DNA of 64,000 bases from an uncultured SAR86 cluster bacterium (GCA_902541175.1 CACBPP010000001.1:134923-198922); one strand, 5' to 3'; shown: positions 38,297-48,246, counted from the first letter of the stretch. The notes: generated by a model from the sequence alone, not told the origin. A program made the numbers and translations.

Positions 38297-39280
38297 ATGA
38301 AAGCAGCTTGGTATGAAAAAACTGGTGAAGCACAAAAGGTTCTTCAGATTGGAGAATTAGATAATCCTGTTCCAAATAAAGGCGAGGTTTTAGTCCAACT
38401 TAAAACATCTGGCATTAATCCATCAGATGTGAAAATAAGGTCAGGAGCAAGAGGTGAGCTCCAATTTCCAAAGATAATACCTCACTCTGATGGTGCGGGA
38501 ACTATCGTTGATGTTGGAGAAGGTGTTGATAAAAATAGAATTGGCGAAAGAGTTTGGATCTGGAATGGTGCTTTTGGAAGAGCTTATGGAACTTGTGCGG
38601 AGTTAATTTCTTTACCTGAATTTCAAGCAGCCAAAATCAATGACAGTGTAGATTTTAAATCTGCAGCATGTATGGGTATACCTGCTTCTACAGCATATTA
38701 TGGGATATTCGCCAATGGTTCAGTTAAAGACAAAACTGTATTAATTTCTGGAGGAGCTGGTGCTGTAGGATTTTATGGTATTCAACTAGCCAAACTTTCT
38801 GGAGCAAATGTTATTTCAACTATAAGCAGTGATGATAAGGCAGAAGTAGCTCAAGAAGCAGGTGCAGATAAAGTAATAAACTATAAGAATGAGGATGTTG
38901 TCGAAGAAATTATAAATTACACAGATAATAAAGGAGTAGACAGAATCTTTGAAGTTGAATTTGGTGGTAATTTATCAATTAATGAGAAAGTCTTGAAATC
39001 AAATGGTGTTATAGCAGCATATGGTTCGATGGCAGAAATAGAACCAAAATTGCCCTTCTACAACTTTATGTTTAAAGGGATAAAAATTGATACTTTTTTA
39101 ATTTATTCGATTAACCAAAATTTCAGAGAACAACTTATATATCGGCTTTCAAAAATGTTAAACGAAAATTCTTTAAAACATATGGTTACAAAAACTTTCT
39201 CTATAGATAATATTATCGAGGCTCATGAAGCAATGGAAAGTGGTAATATTATTGGCAACATTGTAGTAGAGGTGTCATAA
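38297..39280 (+). CDS. MDR-superfamily NAD(P)H quinone oxidoreductase-like (zinc-independent)
   Basis: GINPSD, LISGGAGAVGFYGIQLAK, and C-terminal GNIIGNIVV. Confidence 0.8.
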   Translation: MKAAWYEKTGEAQKVLQIGELDNPVPNKGEVLVQLKTSGINPSDVKIRSGARGELQFPKIIPHSDGAGTIVDVGEGVDKNRIGERVWIWNGAFGRAYGTCAELISLPEFQAAKINDSVDFKSAACMGIPASTAYYGIFANGSVKDKTVLISGGAGAVGFYGIQLAKLSGANVISTISSDDKAEVAQEAGADKVINYKNEDVVEEIINYTDNKGVDRIFEVEFGGNLSINEKVLKSNGVIAAYGSMAEIEPKLPFYNFMFKGIKIDTFLIYSINQNFREQLIYRLSKMLNENSLKHMVTKTFSIDNIIEAHEAMESGNIIGNIVVEVS

Positions 39281-39282
39281 GA

Positions 39283-39645
39283 ATGATTACGGTATTGTCT
39301 TCAATATATTTTATTTATGGTTTTATCCTATTTTATACATACTCAAAAGGTTACAGTCTATTGAGATATCTTCTAAAAAGAAAAAATATTAATGTCTATA
39401 TCTCGATTGAGCTAATTTTTGTAATCTTATGCTCTTTAATTGTTTTTACATCACAGCCGTTGAACTGGGTCGTTGGATTAATAATGCTATTCCACATAGC
39501 TGGAATAATATGGCTTATTTCTAATCCGGGAAGCTTTTATTCTATGGCAGAAGATCCTTCTATAGATATTGATTCGTTAGAAATCTCGTCTGCTATGGTT
39601 GTAATTGGATTGGGTGTATTTGTATATTTTTCAACAATATTTTAA
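39283..39645 (+). CDS. Hypothetical 4-TM membrane protein
   Basis: Hydrophobic 120-aa ORF tightly following the oxidoreductase gene (2-nt gap). No recognisable family. Confidence 0.5.
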   Translation: MITVLSSIYFIYGFILFYTYSKGYSLLRYLLKRKNINVYISIELIFVILCSLIVFTSQPLNWVVGLIMLFHIAGIIWLISNPGSFYSMAEDPSIDIDSLEISSAMVVIGLGVFVYFSTIF

Positions 39646-40514
39646 AGATTATCTTTGAGCCTCTTATATAGACTGGATGTATCCCATTTCCCGCCTCCAG
39701 ATTTTTGTATCTCTTTATAATAGTCGTTAACAATTTTGGTGACTTCTAAACTTATGTTTTCATGTTCTGCTTTTTGAATAACTATGTCTAAATCTTTTCT
39801 CATTAGATCTACAGCAAAACCATGATCGAATTCATCTTCGAGCATTGTGTGCCATCTATTTTCCATTTGCCATGATTGAGCAGCTCCTTTAGAGATGACT
39901 TCTAAAACATCTTTGGAGTTTAATCCTACTTTTTCTGAGAAATTCATCCCTTCAGCAAGACCTTGAAGTAAACCGGCTATGCAAATCTGATTTACCATTT
40001 TTGTTAACTGTCCTGATCCACTTTCTCCCATATATTTTATAGACTTAGAGTAACTCATTAAAATATCTTTCAGTTCTTTATGTAGCTCATTTTTACCACC
40101 CACCATTATTGAGAGTTGACCAGATTCGGCTCCAGCCTGACCCCCAGATACAGGTGCATCAAGATAATTTATATTCTTTGTGCTTAGAAGATTATTCATC
40201 TCCTTGGCTAGATCAGCTGAAGTAGTTGTATGATCTACAATGCAAGAGCCTGATTTTAAATGTTCTAAGGCTCCATCTTTATCAGAAATAATTTCTCTTA
40301 CATCGTTATCATTGCCAACACAAAGAAAAAGAATATCAGATACTTTTGATATTTCTTTTATGGAGCTACATTCAGATCCAGAATATTTCTTTATCCAGCT
40401 TTTGGTTTTTTCAAGTGAGCGATTAAATACTCTGATCTCATGCTGTTTTGATAGATGCCCGGCCATTGGAGATCCCATGACTCCAAGGCCTATAAAGCCA
40501 ATGGCTTTATTCAT
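39642..40514 (-). CDS. 3-hydroxyisobutyrate dehydrogenase family NAD(P)-dependent oxidoreductase
   Basis: IGFIGLGVMGSPMAGHL, DAPVSGG and GSGQLTKMVNQ motifs. Confidence 0.85.
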   Translation of the reverse strand: MNKAIGFIGLGVMGSPMAGHLSKQHEIRVFNRSLEKTKSWIKKYSGSECSSIKEISKVSDILFLCVGNDNDVREIISDKDGALEHLKSGSCIVDHTTTSADLAKEMNNLLSTKNINYLDAPVSGGQAGAESGQLSIMVGGKNELHKELKDILMSYSKSIKYMGESGSGQLTKMVNQICIAGLLQGLAEGMNFSEKVGLNSKDVLEVISKGAAQSWQMENRWHTMLEDEFDHGFAVDLMRKDLDIVIQKAEHENISLEVTKIVNDYYKEIQKSGGGKWDTSSLYKRLKDNL

Positions 40515-40678
40515 ACTATAAAATCTTGTCTGTTTTTTTTAGCAGTTCTTTTGATGCCGTCTTTAGTTTGATATTCAGCTGTAATGCCTTTGGTACCCTC
40601 AAAGTTTTTTAATAAGAGCATATAAATCGCCGACATAACGATCCACATAATGGGAAGTATAATAATTGATTCAATCAT
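40511..40678 (-). CDS. Unannotated 55-aa single-TM protein (MIESIIILPIMWIVMSAIYMLLLKNFEGTKGITAEYQTKDGIKRTAKKNRQDFIV)
   Basis: Fills the apparent 166-nt gap. AAGGA SD about 5 nt upstream of the ATG. Starts 2 nt after the upstream stop, and its TGA overlaps the downstream ATG (ATGA). Confidence 0.45.
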   Translation of the reverse strand: MIESIIILPIMWIVMSAIYMLLLKNFEGTKGITAEYQTKDGIKRTAKKNRQDFIV

Positions 40679-40680
40679 AG

Positions 40681-41655
40681 TTATCCTTGCATTCTATTTT
40701 TAAATTCATCAAAAGCTTGCTCATATTCTGACTTTATTCTTCCAACAAGCTCAGCAACGGAAGGAGAATCTTTAATTCCACCAATTCCCTGTCCAGATCC
40801 CCATATGTCTTTCCAAGCCTTGGAGTCAGTGTTTCCACCAGAGCCAAAGTTCATTGCGGACTTGTCTGCATCTGGAAGATTATCAGGATCAAGACCTGCA
40901 TTTTTTATTGAGGGTTTAAGATAATTCCCTAAGACTCCAGTAAATAAAGAAGAGTAGACTATGTCACTTGCAGCGCTTTCCTCTAACATTTTTTTATATC
41001 CAGGATCAGCATTTGCCTCCTCAGTGGCAATAAATCTAGTGCCTAAATATGCGTAGTCTGCACCAAGAGCAATTGCTGATGCTACCGAGTGACCATCACC
41101 AATTGAACCTGAAAGAATTATTGTTCCATCGAACCATTCTTTAACCTCTCTAACCAATGCAAATGGTGACAAGGCCCCAGCATGACCACCTGCGCCAGCG
41201 CAAACTAATATAAGTCCATCGACGCCCTGCTCGGCTGCCTTTTGTGCATGTCTTACATTTATAACATCATGAAAAACCAGACCCCCATAGCTATGAGCAG
41301 CATCTACAACTTCTGATGGTGGTCTTAAAGAAGTAATAATTATGGGCACCTCATGTTTGACACAAGTTTCCATATCTTGCATTAGTCTATCATTAGATCC
41401 GTGACATATTTGGTTGACTGCAAAGGGAGCAACTTTTGCATCAGGATTTTGCTCTTGGTATTCTGCAAGCGCAGTTTTTATTCTAACAATCCATTCATCA
41501 AGAACATGTTGGGGTCTTGCATTTAATGCTGGAAAAGATCCTACAATTCCAGCTTTACATTGAGCAATGACTAAGTCTGGGCCTGAAACTAAAAACAGGG
41601 GTGCGCCAATAACTGGCATCACTAATTTATCTTTTAACTGATTAGGAATAGTCAT
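40681..41655 (-). CDS. Nitronate monooxygenase (NMO / 2-nitropropane dioxygenase family)
   Basis: MPVIGAPLFLVSGP, CAGAGGHAG and LGADYAYLGTRF motifs. Confidence 0.85.
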   Translation of the reverse strand: MTIPNQLKDKLVMPVIGAPLFLVSGPDLVIAQCKAGIVGSFPALNARPQHVLDEWIVRIKTALAEYQEQNPDAKVAPFAVNQICHGSNDRLMQDMETCVKHEVPIIITSLRPPSEVVDAAHSYGGLVFHDVINVRHAQKAAEQGVDGLILVCAGAGGHAGALSPFALVREVKEWFDGTIILSGSIGDGHSVASAIALGADYAYLGTRFIATEEANADPGYKKMLEESAASDIVYSSLFTGVLGNYLKPSIKNAGLDPDNLPDADKSAMNFGSGGNTDSKAWKDIWGSGQGIGGIKDSPSVAELVGRIKSEYEQAFDEFKNRMQG

Positions 41656-41668
41656 ATTTTCTCCTTAA

Positions 41669-42937
41669 CTAATAATCTATTGTCATATATACCAAAGACT
41701 TCAATCCCTCATCTAAAGCATCATCATTAACAGTGAAATATGGTGAATGATTGCCGGCTTGTTCAAGTTTGCCTGGGTCATTAACACCAAGAAATATATA
41801 TAGTCCTGGAATTTCCTGAGAAAAGTATGAAAAATCTTCTGCGCCAGTCCGTCTTGTTATTTCAGCAAAGTTTCCATTAGTCGCTTCAATTAAGGACTGT
41901 TTCATTCTCTCACCTAGAGGAATATTGTTATACGTAACTGGATAAAAACCGCCAACATCAAACTCAACCCTGACTGTTGCTCCTGTAGCAGTTTCAACTC
42001 CTTCAGCAATTTTTAATATGTCATTATAAATTTCTTTTCTCAATTCTGGGTCAAAAGTTCTAATGGTGCCCATCATTGTAGCTTCTTCTGGAATAATATT
42101 ATTTCTTGTTCCTGCTTCGATCATACCAACGGATACCACAGCAGGATTACCAACAATATTAACTCTCCTGCTAACTATAGTATTAATTTGATTAATAAAT
42201 TGACTTGAGGCCATGATGGGATCAATTCCCTCCCAAGGTCTTGAACCATGTGATTGAACACCCTTAATTTTTACTCTCCATGCTGAAGCAGCTGCCATGG
42301 CTGGACCTGGTGCAAATCCAACATAACCATGTGGTGCATTTGAGACATGAAGACCAAATATCACTTCAGGATTATATCTTTCAAAAATCCCTTCCTCTAA
42401 CATCATTTTTGCACCGCCATTCTCTCCTTCCGGAGGGCCTTCTTCTGCAGGTTGAAAAATGAACATAATGCTTCCTTTGAGTTGGTCTTTGTTTTTAGAA
42501 AAAAATTCAGCCACTCCCATTAAAATTGCAACATGAGCATCATGACCACATGCATGCATAACACCAACTTCATTACCCATATAAGTTGTCTTAATTTTTG
42601 ATGCATATGGTAAACCAGTTTTTTCAACCACAGGTAATGCATCCATGTCGGCTCTTATAGCAATAGTTGGGCCAGGCAGATCACCAGTTAGTAATCCTAC
42701 AACTCCGGTATGTGCAATACCAGTTTCAACATCCATTCCTAATGAAGTTAAATGATCAGCAACTTTTTTTGCTGTTCTAAATTCTCTATTACCTAATTCA
42801 GGATTTTCATGAATATCATGACGCCATTCAATAACCTTAGTCATCAAACTATCGAGATCTTTTTCAAGAGTTTCTTTTAAATTTGCGTCTATGTTGAAGG
42901 AAAAAAATACTAAAACTGTGACTAAAGTTTTTTTCAT
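41669..42937 (-). CDS. M20D family amidohydrolase (hippurate hydrolase / N-acyl-amino-acid amidohydrolase-like), exported
   Basis: IHENPELGNRE, RADMDALP and MHACGHDAH motifs. I prefer ATG 42937, which gives an MKKTLVTVLVFFS signal, over the track start at 42988. Confidence 0.8.
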   Translation of the reverse strand: MKKTLVTVLVFFSFNIDANLKETLEKDLDSLMTKVIEWRHDIHENPELGNREFRTAKKVADHLTSLGMDVETGIAHTGVVGLLTGDLPGPTIAIRADMDALPVVEKTGLPYASKIKTTYMGNEVGVMHACGHDAHVAILMGVAEFFSKNKDQLKGSIMFIFQPAEEGPPEGENGGAKMMLEEGIFERYNPEVIFGLHVSNAPHGYVGFAPGPAMAAASAWRVKIKGVQSHGSRPWEGIDPIMASSQFINQINTIVSRRVNIVGNPAVVSVGMIEAGTRNNIIPEEATMMGTIRTFDPELRKEIYNDILKIAEGVETATGATVRVEFDVGGFYPVTYNNIPLGERMKQSLIEATNGNFAEITRRTGAEDFSYFSQEIPGLYIFLGVNDPGKLEQAGNHSPYFTVNDDALDEGLKSLVYMTIDY

Positions 42938-42965
42938 AAAGTGATTATAAATTAAGTTGTAGTTA

Positions 42966-43835
42966 TTATGAATTACCCATTGCTTCAAGAATTTCTAATA
43001 GCAAGTTTATAATATCTAAATAGAGTATAAACGCCATTTCAAGTGCAGTAGCCCAATCATTTTTGGCATAAATGCTAGATTGCATTTTAATATAATTGAA
43101 ATCAAATAAAAGAAATAAAGAAAAAAGAATCGCACCAAAAATTGCAGATCTTCTCACAACCTCCCTACTAAATTCCATATAAAAACGCGCAAAATTAAAA
43201 ATCAGTAATCCAAATAAAGATATTATTAAGATGATTCCAAACAATGAGCTTTCTGAGAAAGATATAAAATCGCCATAACCTATAAAACCTGTAATTAAAG
43301 TTACAACTAGTACTATTTTAAGAGCAGTAAATCCATCATTTTCATCCATCTCAAGCATTACCAGAGCAAGAAGAGGACCAAAGAATAAACTCGTTAGAGT
43401 GAACAAGGTCATTCCAACCCAAAGGTTAATAAAATCAAATGAAGTTATAATTGTTGATGCAAATAAACATCCCATCCATAGCGAAAACAGCAATCCAATG
43501 CCCCACGATGAACCCATTGGGGAATGTATGTAACCCATCTTTAATAATTCAATGACTTCATCCTGATTTTTAGCAACTTCATGAAGCACAGTGTCTTTAT
43601 CTTCATGTTTTTCCATTGGTTTTGGAAAATCTTTCTTTGTTTCTAAATAAGGAATTAAATCTAATTTACCTTTCATGTTGACCGAGCCCCTAAATAAAAG
43701 CCCCATAAAAGTTGTGTTATTTTTATATGCTTTTTTTGCTCTATTAAGGCAAAAAAAACACATCATCAAAACTATCCCTAGTTGTGCTGAGAGTATTACA
43801 AGTGTTTTGAATATTAGAGAAGTTTCTACAAACAT
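42966..43835 (-). CDS. Polytopic membrane protein, possibly Bax-inhibitor-1/YccA-like with an inserted hydrophilic loop
   Basis: 7-8 TM segments. The C-terminal region (FGAILFSLFLLFDFNYI...ALEMAFILYLDIINLLLEIL) resembles the BI-1 family. Weak assignment. Confidence 0.4.
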   Translation of the reverse strand: MFVETSLIFKTLVILSAQLGIVLMMCFFCLNRAKKAYKNNTTFMGLLFRGSVNMKGKLDLIPYLETKKDFPKPMEKHEDKDTVLHEVAKNQDEVIELLKMGYIHSPMGSSWGIGLLFSLWMGCLFASTIITSFDFINLWVGMTLFTLTSLFFGPLLALVMLEMDENDGFTALKIVLVVTLITGFIGYGDFISFSESSLFGIILIISLFGLLIFNFARFYMEFSREVVRRSAIFGAILFSLFLLFDFNYIKMQSSIYAKNDWATALEMAFILYLDIINLLLEILEAMGNS

Positions 43836-43892
43836 ATACAGACCATATCATACGATTTTTACAATATGCTTTTATTTAAGTATAAATTCTGA

Positions 43893-44393
43893 TTACTTTT
43901 TAAAAAAAGCTACCGAGTGATCTTCATATTCTCTATTTCCAATTTTTTTGAAACCAAAATCTTCATGGAACTTTATAGATATTAAATTTTCTGGAAATGT
44001 GTTTACTTCACAACATAGAGGTATTTCTTTTGTAATAGCAATTTTTTCAATAAGCTCATAAAAACTTTTTCCAATACCCTGTCTTCTATATGAATCTTTT
44101 ATTGCTATTCTATCGATATATAGAAACTTGGATTCTGTATTGCTAAAAAATTTATAGTTAGGTGAATCATAAGAGGATTTCTCTCTGAAACATATGATGA
44201 ATCCTTTTATTTCATTATCTTTTACTACATAAAATTGATATGAACTAAGTTGTATTAATTGTCTCAGGTACTCTATTGAACTCAAGCTTCCAACTTCTGG
44301 AGAATTTTCTTGATTAAGCTTAAAAATTTTCTCTAAAAATTCATGGCTTAGTTTTGAAGGAAAATTGTGAATTTCATGATAAAACTGATTCAT
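43893..44393 (-). CDS. GNAT family N-acetyltransferase
   Basis: YRRQGIGKSFY acetyl-CoA binding motif. 166 aa. Confidence 0.8.
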   Translation of the reverse strand: MNQFYHEIHNFPSKLSHEFLEKIFKLNQENSPEVGSLSSIEYLRQLIQLSSYQFYVVKDNEIKGFIICFREKSSYDSPNYKFFSNTESKFLYIDRIAIKDSYRRQGIGKSFYELIEKIAITKEIPLCCEVNTFPENLISIKFHEDFGFKKIGNREYEDHSVAFFKK

Positions 44394-44396
44394 TCA

Positions 44397-45083
44397 TCAA
44401 GAATCAAGTTCATTTATTGCGTCATCAATCTTTTTATGTGTTTCAGCTATGTAAAGCTCTTTTGTCATCGAATAAGCTGGATGTCCCATAGTCGATAGAT
44501 CTTTTGCTTTTTCAAGAGCGACTTTCATCAAGTTATCTGATTCAACGACTTCATCCATAAGACCTGCATCTATTGCATTCTCTAGTGTATACATTTCAGC
44601 GCCCAAAACTGCTCTATATTTATGAGATTGAGCAACTCTAAATTTAATGAGCTCTAATATAGGTAAAGGTATTACCATGTTTGTTCTCATTTCATTAGCT
44701 CCAAGCATGAAGTCGCCTTTTACGCCTATTCTATAGTCACAACAGCATAATAAAAAAGTTCCTAGGGCAATACCATGACCTGAACATGCTGCAATAACTG
44801 GTCTTGGAAATGCAAATATTCTTGATAAGAGCTTAAAGCCATTTATTGTCATATTCTGAATAAGTTTCATATCTCCGCCTTGTATAGTTTTGAGATCAAA
44901 CCCAGCAGAAAACATTCCCTCTCTTCCTGTAATTATGAGGCATCCCTCTTCGGTAGGAACATCATCAAGACATTCATTTATATGCTGTGACATTTCTGGA
45001 GAGAAAACGTTTGCCTTACCATCATCTAAAATAAGTATTGATACATTATCTTCTTTCTTAAGCGTAGCTAGTTTTTCTGACAT
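44397..45083 (-). CDS. Enoyl-CoA hydratase/isomerase (crotonase) family protein
   Basis: ITGREGMFSAGFDLK and ACSGHGIALG motifs. Start set at MSEKLATL (45083). Confidence 0.75.
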   Translation of the reverse strand: MSEKLATLKKEDNVSILILDDGKANVFSPEMSQHINECLDDVPTEEGCLIITGREGMFSAGFDLKTIQGGDMKLIQNMTINGFKLLSRIFAFPRPVIAACSGHGIALGTFLLCCCDYRIGVKGDFMLGANEMRTNMVIPLPILELIKFRVAQSHKYRAVLGAEMYTLENAIDAGLMDEVVESDNLMKVALEKAKDLSTMGHPAYSMTKELYIAETHKKIDDAINELDS

Positions 45084-45114
45084 AATATAATTTTCTTTAA
45101 AAGGAAATTTTATC

Positions 45115-46941
45115 ATGATTAAAAAAATTCTTAAGCACACGAGAAATCTTTTATTAGTTACTTTGGGAATTGGATCTCTGTATTTAATAAATCTTTTTTT
45201 TATGAAGCCCTTCTCAATTGATCATTTTTTAGCAAAAGAGCTAATTCTTGATCTTACAAGTTCACCTGAAGAGTTAACTTATGTTGGGGTATTAGATGAC
45301 TATAATTGGCTGACGAATCATAACTCCAAGTTATCAATTCCAAAAGAAACTGATATTGAAAATGGAATTGAGCATACAGAAAAAACTATAAAAACCTTAT
45401 ATAAGTATGTTGACTCGAGACTATCCGATACTCAAAAAAGTACAAAGAAAATTGCAATTTTTGATTATGAAAATCATTTAAGAGAACTTAAAGATTTTCC
45501 TTATTTAGACTATCCGCTAAATCAAATTGGAGGAATTCATTTAAATACCATTGAGTTTATGAATGATGTACATCCTATTAGGAAAAAGTCTGAAGCAAAC
45601 GATTTCATAAAAAGGACAGATTTAATTAAGGAAGTGTATCAAGGAGTTCTTGCCGACCTTGAAAAACAAGCTAAGAGTGGTATTTATCCGCCTGAATTTG
45701 TATATGACCATGTAATTAAACAGCTAGATGAATTTATAGAATATTCGAATGAAGAACATCCTCTTTATACCCAATTCATGTCAAAGATAAATCAACTAGA
45801 TTTAAATCAAGAAGATGTAAATTATTTTGAAAATGAAATAAAAAGGTCCATTAGCAGAAGTGTTACGCCGGGTTTTGAAGCTTTAAGAGATTTTATGATA
45901 AGAACTCAAAAATATGCTAATAAAGATCATGGTATATGGTCTCAGCCAGGAGGAGACGAATACTATAAATTGAAAATAAGGACTTTCACCACAACAGATT
46001 ATTCACCAGAGAAAATTCATCAAATAGGGCTTAGTGAAGTAAAACGGATTTCTGAAAGAATGAGATACATTCTTTCATCTCTTGGATATGACGAGAGTAA
46101 GTCTGTTGGAGAAATAATGAATGAATTAAATGAGAATCCAGATTTCCTATATGCAGACACTCCAGATAGAAAAGAAATAGTTGTTAAAGACTATACAGAA
46201 ATGGTTGAAGAGGCTTATGAAGTAATGAAAGATTATTTCCATACTATGCCAAAGTCAAAGGTCATAGTGAAAGCTGTTCCTGAGTACTCTGAAAGAACTG
46301 CGGCTGGAGGATATTATCAGTCGCCAGCGCTTGATGGAAGTAGACCTGGTGTATTTTATGCAAATCTATACGATATTAAGCAAACACCAACCTATAGCAT
46401 GAGAACTTTGGCTTATCATGAAGCAACACCTGGACATCATCATCAAATAGCACATTCTCTTGAAAATGAAGATTTAACTCTCTATAGACGGTTTGGATAC
46501 TACACTTCTGCTTTCGCAGAGGGATGGGCTCTTTACTCTGAAATTTTAGCTCTTGAAGCTGGTTTGGCTGAAGATCCATATGACGAACTAGGAATTCTTC
46601 AAAGCGAACTTTTTAGAGCAGTAAGATTAGTGGTTGATACCGGAATGCATTATAAAAGATGGACTCGCGAAGAAGCAATGAAGTACATGAAAACAAAAAC
46701 AGGAATGTCAGATACAGAAGTTAGAGTCGAAATTGAAAGATACATTGTTTGGCCAGGACAAGCGCTAAGCTATAAAGTTGGTATGATCAAAATACTCGAA
46801 CTCAGAGAAAAAGCTATGAGTGAGCTTGGTGATAAATTTGATATAAAAGATTTCCACTCAGCTGTTCTAGATCATGGAAATCCTCCACTCTTTATTGTTG
46901 AGGAGATGGTAAATAATATGATTAAAGAAAATTTGAACTAG
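45115..46941 (+). CDS. DUF885 family protein (putative metallopeptidase-like), membrane-anchored or exported
   Basis: HEATPGHHHQ and EGWALYSE motifs, typical of DUF885. N-terminal hydrophobic segment. Confidence 0.8.
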   Translation: MIKKILKHTRNLLLVTLGIGSLYLINLFFMKPFSIDHFLAKELILDLTSSPEELTYVGVLDDYNWLTNHNSKLSIPKETDIENGIEHTEKTIKTLYKYVDSRLSDTQKSTKKIAIFDYENHLRELKDFPYLDYPLNQIGGIHLNTIEFMNDVHPIRKKSEANDFIKRTDLIKEVYQGVLADLEKQAKSGIYPPEFVYDHVIKQLDEFIEYSNEEHPLYTQFMSKINQLDLNQEDVNYFENEIKRSISRSVTPGFEALRDFMIRTQKYANKDHGIWSQPGGDEYYKLKIRTFTTTDYSPEKIHQIGLSEVKRISERMRYILSSLGYDESKSVGEIMNELNENPDFLYADTPDRKEIVVKDYTEMVEEAYEVMKDYFHTMPKSKVIVKAVPEYSERTAAGGYYQSPALDGSRPGVFYANLYDIKQTPTYSMRTLAYHEATPGHHHQIAHSLENEDLTLYRRFGYYTSAFAEGWALYSEILALEAGLAEDPYDELGILQSELFRAVRLVVDTGMHYKRWTREEAMKYMKTKTGMSDTEVRVEIERYIVWPGQALSYKVGMIKILELREKAMSELGDKFDIKDFHSAVLDHGNPPLFIVEEMVNNMIKENLN

Positions 46942-47540
46942 TATTTTTCAGGATATTTTGCAGTAAAAACACTGTAATAATTCTTAAGTTCAGTTATGTC
47001 TTTCATATTATCACCTGAAGGACTAAAGGCCTTACCAAGAAGTATTTCTTTTTTTGCAAAATCTAATGATGCTGGAATTATTTTAGTATTTAATTCTTTT
47101 GCTATTCTTAAGAATCCTGTTTTCCATTCCTTTACTTTTGAACGGGTTCCTTCAGGAGATATTCCAATTAAGGAACTATTAATGTCTTTGATCTGATTAA
47201 TTGCGTCTTTAATTATCCCTCCAGGTTTGTTTCTATCAACGGGTATTCCCCCCATGTATCTCAAAAAAACTCCAAGTCCATACTTAAATGCAGTATGTTT
47301 ACCAATAAATGTAACTTTTGCATCCAGGCCAGCAATTGCTGCAACCCCTAGAATCCCATCCCAATTTGATGTATGCGGAGCAACAATTACTACAAGTTTT
47401 TTTTCATTAAATTCATCTGAAATTTTTCCATGAACCTTCCATCCAAGAGAAGTCAAAACAAATCTACCCAGCCATTGAAGAGCTTTTGGTCGGTATGCCC
47501 GAAAACTTTTCGGAATTTGTGAGCTTGAAACACTTTTCAT
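46938..47540 (-). CDS. PlsC-family lysophospholipid (1-acyl-glycerol-3-phosphate) acyltransferase
   Basis: VAPHTSNWDG (HX4D), FIGK and ISPEGTRS motifs. Confidence 0.75.
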   Translation of the reverse strand: MKSVSSSQIPKSFRAYRPKALQWLGRFVLTSLGWKVHGKISDEFNEKKLVVIVAPHTSNWDGILGVAAIAGLDAKVTFIGKHTAFKYGLGVFLRYMGGIPVDRNKPGGIIKDAINQIKDINSSLIGISPEGTRSKVKEWKTGFLRIAKELNTKIIPASLDFAKKEILLGKAFSPSGDNMKDITELKNYYSVFTAKYPEKY

Positions 47541-47542
47541 TT

Positions 47543-48241
47543 TTAAACAGCAGTTTTATTTAATTTATCCTTAATTAAATATGGCAAATATATTGAATAG
47601 CAAACAATTACAGCAAGAATATAGATATCAATCATATGGTATGGCGCATCTCTCATAAAACCTGTTACATTTAAACCGGGTGGTTTTTCCATAACATACC
47701 AATAATTTGCTGGCGGTCCAAGTAAATAATTAATTGGATACATCAAAATTAAGAAGAAAGTTAACACTAATAGAACTCTGTGTACATCTTTAAAGTAAGG
47801 TCTTTGATTATCAATTATTATTGCATAACTTACGCCTAGTAAAATCATTGAATGACCAACCATATGACGAACATAATCAATATGTGGGAATGAATATAAA
47901 ACATCAGGAGTTAATATGGCCATGCCTGCTCCAGAAATACCAGCAAAAAAAGCAAAGATAAAAAACTCTCTTCTCTGAGTTATAAAATAGAGCATGATAG
48001 ATGCGCAAGAAAAATCACATAGGTGAAGAGGCAATCCTAGCTTTATTTGTTGAGTATATCCCTCCCTATAAAAATCTAAACCTTGGTTTATTAGAATAAA
48101 AATGAAAATTGCAGCTATTACAAGTTTTTTCCATATATCACTTTTATTTAAAACAAATTTAGGTAAATAAATAATCAAAGCAATGCAAGCTATGGCAAAA
48201 ATGATATGAGAAGTATCTAAAAGGCTAAATTCTGTCATCAT
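47543..48241 (-). CDS. TIGR02206 / YwaF / TMEM164-like integral membrane protein
   Basis: About 7 TM segments with an LPLHLCDF motif. Assignment is from memory. Confidence 0.5.
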   Translation of the reverse strand: MMTEFSLLDTSHIIFAIACIALIIYLPKFVLNKSDIWKKLVIAAIFIFILINQGLDFYREGYTQQIKLGLPLHLCDFSCASIMLYFITQRREFFIFAFFAGISGAGMAILTPDVLYSFPHIDYVRHMVGHSMILLGVSYAIIIDNQRPYFKDVHRVLLVLTFFLILMYPINYLLGPPANYWYVMEKPPGLNVTGFMRDAPYHMIDIYILAVIVCYSIYLPYLIKDKLNKTAV

Positions 48242-48246
48242 AAATA

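Noticed and set aside
44397-45140. A longer crotonase ORF starting at 45140, or at 45116 where it would overlap the DUF885 start.
   Set aside because: The extra N-terminal residues (MCLRIFLIMIKFPFKENYI) are not part of the crotonase fold and would overlap the divergent gene. MSEKLATL at 45083 is the more plausible start.
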